Shown here: positions 57,478-64,000 of the stretch, one piece after another
How positions within the stretch are numbered: position 1 is the first letter of the stretch
How the letters are laid out: every line of letters begins with the position of its first letter
Assembly: GCA_963703315.1 (NCBI GenBank)
Contig: OY969811.1
Span: 768,001 to 832,000 of the forward strand
Length of the DNA: 64,000 nucleotides
Direction: 5' to 3'
Source of the DNA: an uncultured cyanobacterium
GTDB lineage: Bacteria > Cyanobacteriota > Cyanobacteriia > Pseudanabaenales > Pseudanabaenaceae
Notes under the pieces: generated by a model
Told to the model about the DNA's origin: nothing
Databases searched by the model: none
Seen by the model: only the letters and a program-made list of their open reading frames with translations
Made by a program: the position numbers and the translations under genes

Positions 57478-58758
57478 ATGACATCTCAAAATGACTGGTC
57501 AGATTTGGACTCAAATGGTTCGGAAAACGGAGAAGTAGACGTGGAAATAGATGAACTTTCTGAGTTTTCAAATAACTCTAGACTACACCTAGGTCACTCT
57601 CAAAATCGGATGAAGCAGCAGTTAGGCGTTGATACAAAAGCGGATAATATCATGTTGGGCAGCGTTGCAAAAATTAAGGTAATTGGTGTTGGCGGTGGCG
57701 GCGGCAATGCTGTAAATCGCATGATTGCAAGTGATGTAGTCGGTGTAGAGTTTTGGTCATTTAATACTGATGCTCAAGCATTACTCCAATCTTCAGCATC
57801 TAAACGATTTCAAATGGGTCAGAAGCTAACCAGAGGTTTAGGTGCAGGTGGTAACCCTGCGATCGGGCAGAAAGCCGCCGAAGAGTCGCGTGATGACATT
57901 GCCGCCGCAGTTGAAGGAGCCGATTTAGTATTTATTACCGCAGGTATGGGGGGCGGTACTGGTACTGGAGCCGCACCAATTATTGCAGAGGTCGCCAAAG
58001 AAGCAGGTGCGCTGACAGTTGGCATCGTTACTCGTCCTTTTACCTTTGAAGGCAGACGCAGGGGGCAGCAAGCCGAAGAGGGAATAGCAGGTTTGCAGAG
58101 TCGTGTTGATACTCTGATTGTGATCCCCAACGATAAGTTACTCTCCGTCATTTCTGAGCAAACTCCAGTCCAAGAAGCATTTCGAGTTGCTGACGATATC
58201 CTCCGACAAGGTGTACAGGGTATTTCTGACATCATTATGATCCCAGGGCTAGTCAACGTTGACTTTGCCGATATTCGTGCAGTGATGGCGGATGCAGGTT
58301 CAGCGATGATGGGTATTGGTATTGGCTCAGGTAAGTCAAGGGCGAGAGAAGCTGCCATGACCGCCATTTCTTCGCCTTTACTAGAAACATCCGTTGAAGG
58401 GGCAAGTGGTGTCGTCTTTAACATTACAGGTGGCGAAGATATGACCCTCCATGAGGTGAATGCTGCTGCTGAAACCATCTATGAAGTCGTCGATCAAAAT
58501 GCCAATATTATTTTCGGTGCAGTTATTGATCCCAAACTCGATGGTGAAATTAGAATTACCGTAATTGCTACTGGCTTCGCGCCCAAGACGCATCCAGCGA
58601 TCCCGCCTCAAATTTCTAAAAAGATCCAACCCTTACCCCCAAATCCGCCAACGCGAACCCAGAGTTCACCTCTGCCTACATCACAGTCTGAAATCAAACT
58701 AAGTAAACCAGGATTAGATATTCCCGATTTCTTGCAACGTCGTCGTCCACCAAAATAA
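57478..58758 (+). CDS. ftsZ: Cell division protein FtsZ
   Basis: [28 protein letters not shown] and LDIPDFL. Confidence 0.98.
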   Translation: MTSQNDWSDLDSNGSENGEVDVEIDELSEFSNNSRLHLGHSQNRMKQQLGVDTKADNIMLGSVAKIKVIGVGGGGGNAVNRMIASDVVGVEFWSFNTDAQALLQSSASKRFQMGQKLTRGLGAGGNPAIGQKAAEESRDDIAAAVEGADLVFITAGMGGGTGTGAAPIIAEVAKEAGALTVGIVTRPFTFEGRRRGQQAEEGIAGLQSRVDTLIVIPNDKLLSVISEQTPVQEAFRVADDILRQGVQGISDIIMIPGLVNVDFADIRAVMADAGSAMMGIGIGSGKSRAREAAMTAISSPLLETSVEGASGVVFNITGGEDMTLHEVNAAAETIYEVVDQNANIIFGAVIDPKLDGEIRITVIATGFAPKTHPAIPPQISKKIQPLPPNPPTRTQSSPLPTSQSEIKLSKPGLDIPDFLQRRRPPK

Positions 58759-58934
58759 GCCTTAAACATAAGACTTATTTTTGGTGGTAGATGAGTAGTA
58801 TTTGTGCGCTCATCTACTCCATTTCAAAAAACTTATCTAATTCATATCTAATTTAATCGTAAACAGATGCTACGAATAGCTAATTAAGCGTGACAATAGA
58901 ATTATATGGCTATGTTACCTCCCAATAAATTGCA

Positions 58935-59933
58935 GTGACACACTTAACGACTACTAGGCACGGACTTCACAGACTACCCTCTCTTAATAGCGGTGAAGAT
59001 CGACTGAGGCTTTTTGCTGGCTCGGCAAATTTGCCGCTCGCCCAAGAGATTTCCCGTTATTTAGGTATAGAGTTAGGGCCTATGGTGCGAAAAAATTTCG
59101 CTGATGGGGAAGTCTATGTACAGGTACAGGAATCAATTCGGGGTTGTGATGTTTATTTAATTCAACCAACTTGTCGTCCTGTTAACGACCATTTGACTGA
59201 GTTATTGATTATGGTTGATGCTTGCCGTCGTGCATCAGCCCGACAAATTACCGCAGTTATGCCCTATTACGGCTATGCAAGGGCTGACCGCAAAACCGCA
59301 GGACGTGAATCAATTACCGCAAAATTAGTTGCTAACTTGATTGTGCAGTCTGGAGCCGATCGCGTAATTGCGATGGACTTACACTCTGCCCAGATCCAAG
59401 GATATTTTGATATTCCTTGCGATCATGTCTATGGCGCTCCTGTTTTATTTGACTATCTCAATGAAAAGAAATTGCCCGATTTAGTGGTGGTTTCACCAGA
59501 TGTAGGGGGGGTAGCTCGCGCTCGTGCTTTTGCCAAAAAACTCAATGACGCTCCCCTAGCAATCATTGATAAGCGTCGTCAAACCCATAATGTAGCGGAA
59601 GTGATGAATGTGATCGGTGATGTGTCAGGTAAAACGGCTGTACTTGTTGATGACATGATCGATACCGCAGGAACCATTTATGAAGCAGCGAAGCTACTGC
59701 GAAAAGAGGGGGCGCGGCAAGTTTATGCTTGTGCCACTCATGCTATTTTTTCGCCTCCTGCGATCGATCGCTTATCAAGTGGTGTGTTTGAAGAGGTAAT
59801 CGTGACCAATTCGACACCTGTAAGTCAAGAAAACTATTTCCCTCAATTACGGGTACTATCGGTTGCCGACCTGTTAGGTGAGACAATCTGGCGTGTCCAC
59901 GAAGATACGTCTGTCAGCAGTATGTTTAGGTAG
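58935..59933 (+). CDS. prs: Ribose-phosphate pyrophosphokinase
   Basis: FADGE, YGYARADRK, DLHSAQIQGYF and VDDMIDTAGT. Confidence 0.97.
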   Translation: MTHLTTTRHGLHRLPSLNSGEDRLRLFAGSANLPLAQEISRYLGIELGPMVRKNFADGEVYVQVQESIRGCDVYLIQPTCRPVNDHLTELLIMVDACRRASARQITAVMPYYGYARADRKTAGRESITAKLVANLIVQSGADRVIAMDLHSAQIQGYFDIPCDHVYGAPVLFDYLNEKKLPDLVVVSPDVGGVARARAFAKKLNDAPLAIIDKRRQTHNVAEVMNVIGDVSGKTAVLVDDMIDTAGTIYEAAKLLRKEGARQVYACATHAIFSPPAIDRLSSGVFEEVIVTNSTPVSQENYFPQLRVLSVADLLGETIWRVHEDTSVSSMFR

Positions 59934-60327
59934 CGATCGCCTGTTGGATGGCTAGCAAATAGATCTGTTTTGTATTTCGTGATTATATTTAATTCAAGAA
60001 AATGTGCATCACGATACAAACTGCTATTATTTAGTAAGTTTAAGTAAGAATAATCATTCTTACTTTTAAATACATTTTCTGACTATGGAAATTGGCAAAT
60101 TAAGTAAACCTCTTTCACTGTCAATCAGTGATGGGTTGAAATCAACTTATGCAGTTTGTACTTGCTATAACTTCAGTTTAATAGCTAGATAAAACTAACA
60201 TAGGTAATTTAAATTGATTGTGCGCTAGCATACTTCCTTACAATCTGGTCAAACTAAATATCCAAAATTTGGTATTTATTTGAGTTGGTAAGATTTTATA
60301 AATGAGAGAGTCTTGCTAACTCAAATA

Positions 60328-60426
60328 ATACCAAAACTAAAAATGGCGTAGCCATTTTTAGTTTTAAAACCCTTACTGGGTTTGGTTTTAATTCACACAA
60401 GTGGTTACACTATCGTGAGTTGGTAT
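60328..60426. mobile_element. Family D MITE-like element (99 bp) upstream of ntcA
   Basis: ATACCAA/TTGGTAT ends, internal 15-bp hairpin; homologous to 38360-38462 and 25455-25519. Confidence 0.72.
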
Positions 60427-60483
60427 AAGCCAAGAAATCTATATGGCAACTTAATTGTTTTTGGTTAAAGAGGGTTTATAAGC

Positions 60484-61146
60484 TTGGCAGACCGTGCTCT
60501 TGTTGATGTCTTTCGCGAAATGAATGGTGGAATGTTCCCCCCCATGACGGAAACGTTTGAACGCGGTAAGACGATTTTTTTTCCTGGTGATCCTGCGGAA
60601 CGTTTTTACTTTTTGGTAAAAGGAGCAGTAAAACTTTCTAGAGTTTATGAAGCAGGTGAAGAAATCACAGTTGCACTATTGCGTGAAAATAGTGTATTTG
60701 GGGTTTTGTCATTGATTACAGGTAATCGCTCTGATCGGTTTTATCATGCAGTTGCCTTCACACCTGTGGAATTGTTATCAGTACCGATCGATCAAGTAGA
60801 GAAAGCGCTAAAGGAAGATCCTGAGTTACCAATGGTGCTGTTGCGTGGATTGTCATCACGGATTTTACAAACGGAGATGATGATTGAAACTCTTGCTCAT
60901 CGGGACATGGGATCACGGCTAGTTAGCTTTTTGTTGATTCTCTGTCGTGATTTTGGTACGCCTTCGACGGAGGGTGTAACGATTGATTTGAAGCTTTCTC
61001 ATCAGGCGATCGCTGAGGCGATCGGCTCAACGCGAGTGACTGTCACTCGACTTCTTGGTGATTTACGCAAGCAAAAAATGATCGCCATTTCTAAAAAACG
61101 CATTACTGTTCATAATCCCATTGAGCTAGGACAACAATTTACTTAG
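60484..61146 (+). CDS. ntcA: Global nitrogen regulator NtcA
   Basis: [30 protein letters not shown] and [22 protein letters not shown]. Confidence 0.97.
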   Translation: MADRALVDVFREMNGGMFPPMTETFERGKTIFFPGDPAERFYFLVKGAVKLSRVYEAGEEITVALLRENSVFGVLSLITGNRSDRFYHAVAFTPVELLSVPIDQVEKALKEDPELPMVLLRGLSSRILQTEMMIETLAHRDMGSRLVSFLLILCRDFGTPSTEGVTIDLKLSHQAIAEAIGSTRVTVTRLLGDLRKQKMIAISKKRITVHNPIELGQQFT

Positions 61147-61246
61147 AGAAACTAGATGTGCTGCAAAGCAGCACATCTAGTTTCTAAATCTAATTGTTGA
61201 TGCGTTAAGCTGTTTATAGAAAACCATATAAAGAAAATTATCTAAA

Positions 61247-61585
61247 ATGTACGAAACTTTAAAAATAGTGTGGTCTATTGTTGCTATTTGCTTAGTGGTC
61301 TTAATTTTATTACATAGTCCCAAAAGTGACGGTTTAGGCGGTTTTAGTGGTCAGGCACAACTTTTTTCGAGTACAAAGAGTGCAGAAACGGCTCTGAATC
61401 GAGTTACTTGGTTTTTGACAGCAGCTTTTTTGGGCTTAACTGTGGTACTTAGCGGTGGTTGGTTTACAGCACCAGCAGTCACGGCTCCAGTGCCACAAGT
61501 TACGCCATCTACGAAGAACGTTCCTGATGCTAAGCCCATTCCTCTAAATTTACCTGCGACAACTCCTGAAAAGCCTCAGCAATAA
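61247..61585 (+). CDS. secG: Preprotein translocase subunit SecG
   Basis: LLHSPKSDGLGG...AQLFSSTKSAETALNRVTW. Confidence 0.92.
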   Translation: MYETLKIVWSIVAICLVVLILLHSPKSDGLGGFSGQAQLFSSTKSAETALNRVTWFLTAAFLGLTVVLSGGWFTAPAVTAPVPQVTPSTKNVPDAKPIPLNLPATTPEKPQQ

Positions 61586-61666
61586 TTTGATGCGGATTGA
61601 TGCGAAAAAGAAGTAGATTTTTTGTGGCGCGGCAAAGCCGCACCACAAAAAATCTACTTCTTTAGT

Positions 61667-62296
61667 TTAATGAGAGTCCCTTAACGGAGTCTCTAAGTTT
61701 AACTCTATGCCAAGTGAAGAGTTAAATAGCGCCTGATCAACCTGAGCAAATAACTCGTTTGTATCATCGGAATTAACGATCGCTACATCAGCTAGTTCAA
61801 TTTTTTTCGCTTGGGACATTTGACTATCAATTCTTTGAATTGCTTCGGTTTCTGAGAGATGATTACGCTTGATTAGCCTTTGTAATTGCTGATGGCGATC
61901 GCAAGTAATTACCCAAGTCTCCGTCACTAAATCTTGCATTTTTGCTTCAAATAATAATGGGATCACCATGATGACCGTTGCTGGTGCAAGATGCTCAGCT
62001 TCAGTAATTAAGGTTTTTTTAACGTAGGGGTGAATTAAAGCTTCGAGCCATTGCCTCTCAACTTCACTAGCAAATATAATTGCTCCCAACTTGCGGCGAT
62101 CGAGATTGCCCTGATCATCAAGGATTAGTTTGCCGTAGCGATCTGTAACTTTAAGGAGGCGATCGCTTGTTAAAGCCTGTCGCGCATAAAGATCAGCATC
62201 GAGAACTGGCAATCTATAGGTATCGCGTAAATAATCAGAGACCGTAGTTTTACCTGTAGCAATGCCCCCTGTAATGCCGATGATGCGTTGGTTCAT
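61667..62296 (-). CDS. coaE: Dephospho-CoA kinase
   Basis: IGITGGIATGKT, DAD, LDRRKLG, IHP and IPLLFE. Confidence 0.95.
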   Translation of the reverse strand: MNQRIIGITGGIATGKTTVSDYLRDTYRLPVLDADLYARQALTSDRLLKVTDRYGKLILDDQGNLDRRKLGAIIFASEVERQWLEALIHPYVKKTLITEAEHLAPATVIMVIPLLFEAKMQDLVTETWVITCDRHQQLQRLIKRNHLSETEAIQRIDSQMSQAKKIELADVAIVNSDDTNELFAQVDQALFNSSLGIELNLETPLRDSH

Positions 62297-62388
62297 GTGT
62301 TTAACACCAAATCTAATTTAGACAGTTTAGAGTGGCGGCGCGAAGCACCACCACTCTAAACTGTCTTTTTAGCTTATTTGGTTTACAC

Positions 62389-62643
62389 ATGGACTTCACC
62401 AATATTCTTGGATTTACGGCTGCGACGTTGACGACTTTTGCTTTCTTGCCGCAGGTGATTCAAGTATGGCGATCGCGATCGACTAAGGATATATCTTTGC
62501 CGATGCTAGTGACATTTATCGCGGGGATCACTCTCTGGCTAATTTACGGCTTACTGGTTAATGCTGCACCAATCTACCTTGCAAATGCAATTACGCTGAT
62601 TTTGAATTTGTTGATTTTACGATTCAAACTTAAATACGGATAA
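62389..62643 (+). CDS. SemiSWEET / PQ-loop transporter
   Basis: LTTFAFLPQV...STKDIS...LWLIYG; ATG at 62389, since the upstream extension is repeat-derived. Confidence 0.88.
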   Translation: MDFTNILGFTAATLTTFAFLPQVIQVWRSRSTKDISLPMLVTFIAGITLWLIYGLLVNAAPIYLANAITLILNLLILRFKLKYG

Positions 62644-62693
62644 TATTGAGAGTGGCGCAAAGCAACCTTCTCAATATTTTTAACAATCTCAAC

Positions 62694-63419
62694 ATGACCT
62701 CTCTTAGTACTTTCTTTTCAACTTATTTCACCCATTTAGTAATGCTGGGGTTGATTTTGACCTTTGCGATCGCCCATAGTGGTCTGGCGGAATTAAGAAT
62801 GTGGGGTGAAGAGAAAATTGGCGCAAGGTTATATCGCGTAATTTTTGCACTAGTCAGTATTCCCCTTGCTGTAGTTCTACTTATTTATTTTTTCAACCAT
62901 CGTTATGACGGGGTGCAGTTGTGGGATGTGAAAGGAGTTGCAGGTGTAAATGAGTTTGTCTTGATTCTTTCCGCCATCTCATTTCTATTTCTTTATCCTG
63001 CAACCTTTAACTTAACGGAAGTTGCCGCGATTAAAAAGCCCGAAGTCCATTTATTTGAAACGGGGATCATCCGTATTTGCCGTCATCCGCAAATGATTGG
63101 TCAATGTTTATGGGGAATTGCCCATGCCCTTTGGCTAGGAACATCTTTTACGGTGACTACAGCGATCGCCTTAGTTGTTTATCACTTATTCGCAGTATGG
63201 CATGGCGATCAACGTTTGTTTAAGCGCTATGGGGATGCGTTCTTAGCAGTTAAGGAGCGTACTTCAATATTGCCATTTGTGGCGATCGCCCAAGGTCGTC
63301 AGCAATTAGTTCTTAAAGAATTTATCCGTCCTGCTTATATTGGTGTTGCTATCACCGTTGTGTTATTTCGCTGGTTGCACCCCATTGTTATTACAGCTTC
63401 CGCAAATGTGAATTGGTAA
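62694..63419 (+). CDS. NnrU-family membrane protein (15-cis-zeta-carotene isomerase Z-ISO-like)
   Basis: FAIAHSGLA, HRYDG, FLYPATFNL, GIIRICRHPQM and HGD.RL. Confidence 0.85.
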   Translation: MTSLSTFFSTYFTHLVMLGLILTFAIAHSGLAELRMWGEEKIGARLYRVIFALVSIPLAVVLLIYFFNHRYDGVQLWDVKGVAGVNEFVLILSAISFLFLYPATFNLTEVAAIKKPEVHLFETGIIRICRHPQMIGQCLWGIAHALWLGTSFTVTTAIALVVYHLFAVWHGDQRLFKRYGDAFLAVKERTSILPFVAIAQGRQQLVLKEFIRPAYIGVAITVVLFRWLHPIVITASANVNW

Positions 63420-63427
63420 AACCAATC

Positions 63428-63505
63428 AAAACCCAAGAAGCGAGTGGCGGCGCGAAGCGCCGCTACTCGCTTCTTGGGTTTTAAGCAAAACTTGCATTGC
63501 TATAT
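63428..63505. repeat. Family A element (reverse orientation)
   Basis: 26-bp arms with one mismatch at 63428-63482, then TAAGCAAAACTTGCATTGCTATA. Confidence 0.78.
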
Positions 63506-63531
63506 AATTTCAAAAAACATCAGGGAATATT

Positions 63532-64000
63532 ATGTTTCGACTTAAGTACCCCACAGAGCAAAGCGATCCGCCCCTTTCGCCCAGAGAAACTTTGCCTACG
63601 ATGTATGACTTGCCTAGCGAAGATCCTGAGGAATCTGGTTTGCCCGATCAATTTCATGACTTTCAGCCTGAGCTATTGGGTTTGACCTTTCGCCCTGCCA
63701 ACTATCCTGAAGATATCGTGTTTACGGCTAGCGATCTCAATCTCTACTATGATGTGCATCATCAAAATTGGTATAAGCGCCCCGACTGGTTTGCCGTGTT
63801 GGGTGTGCCAAGACTCTATGACGGTCATGATTTGCGCTTGAGCTATGTGATTTGGCAAGAGGGAGTCAGTCCTAGCATTGTGGTGGAACTGTTGTCACCT
63901 AGTACTGAAAAAGAAGATTTAGGGGAACTGGAAATAAGCGATCGCAATGGGACGAATTCCCAAACCGAAAAGCCGCCCTCTAAGTGGCAAGTCTATGAGC
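63532..64000 (+). CDS. Uma2-family endonuclease-like protein (partial, runs off the window)
   Basis: Manual translation MFRLKYPTEQSDPPLSPRETLPTMYDLPSEDPEESGLPDQFH...RPDWFAVLGV...SYVIWQEGVSPSIVVELLSPST. Confidence 0.85.
   Translation, partial: MFRLKYPTEQSDPPLSPRETLPTMYDLPSEDPEESGLPDQFHDFQPELLGLTFRPANYPEDIVFTASDLNLYYDVHHQNWYKRPDWFAVLGVPRLYDGHDLRLSYVIWQEGVSPSIVVELLSPSTEKEDLGELEISDRNGTNSQTEKPPSKWQVYE

Noticed and set aside
57819..58478. 219-aa antisense ORF
   Set aside because: Shadow frame of ftsZ; the same applies to the other short antisense or nested ORFs in the track.
62332..62388. N-terminal extension of the SemiSWEET ORF
   Set aside because: Derived from a hairpin repeat; ATG at 62389 gives a typical 84-aa protein.
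19686..63505. Recurrent palindromic repeats as a CRISPR array
   Set aside because: They are dispersed singly between genes, have no regular repeat-spacer period, and no cas genes are present.
1..64000. High density of GCGATCGC
   Set aside because: This is the well-known cyanobacterial HIP1; it was used only as a marker of native versus foreign DNA.

Overview
Cyanobacterial chromosomal segment. The dense HIP1 octamer GCGATCGC plus psaE, ntcA, sir and amt make the phylum clear; a Pseudanabaena-like filamentous strain is my impression only. Most of the window is housekeeping and signalling genes: an ABC importer, a HelY-like helicase, devBC, two histidine kinases with an Rcp1-like regulator, a CHAT protease, gltX, psaE-mutM, ctp, two amt genes, sir, ylqF, tRNA-Ala(GGC), htpG, ftsQZ, prs, ntcA, secG and coaE. 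There are two complete IS elements with target-site duplications (ISAs1 and IS1 families); the IS1 disrupts a membrane-protein gene in a low-GC, HIP1-free islet. Several families of 80-150 bp non-autonomous hairpin elements are dense in the intergenic spaces. The most notable observations are: (1) an in-frame FolB (dihydroneopterin aldolase)-RNase HI fusion with both active sites intact; (2) small mobile elements whose central palindrome arms differ between copies yet stay self-complementary; (3) two different sensor kinases sharing a near-identical Cph1/BphP-type transmitter next to one Rcp1-like receiver; (4) a ribbon-helix-helix-like tail on sulfite reductase. No CRISPR array or rRNA was seen.
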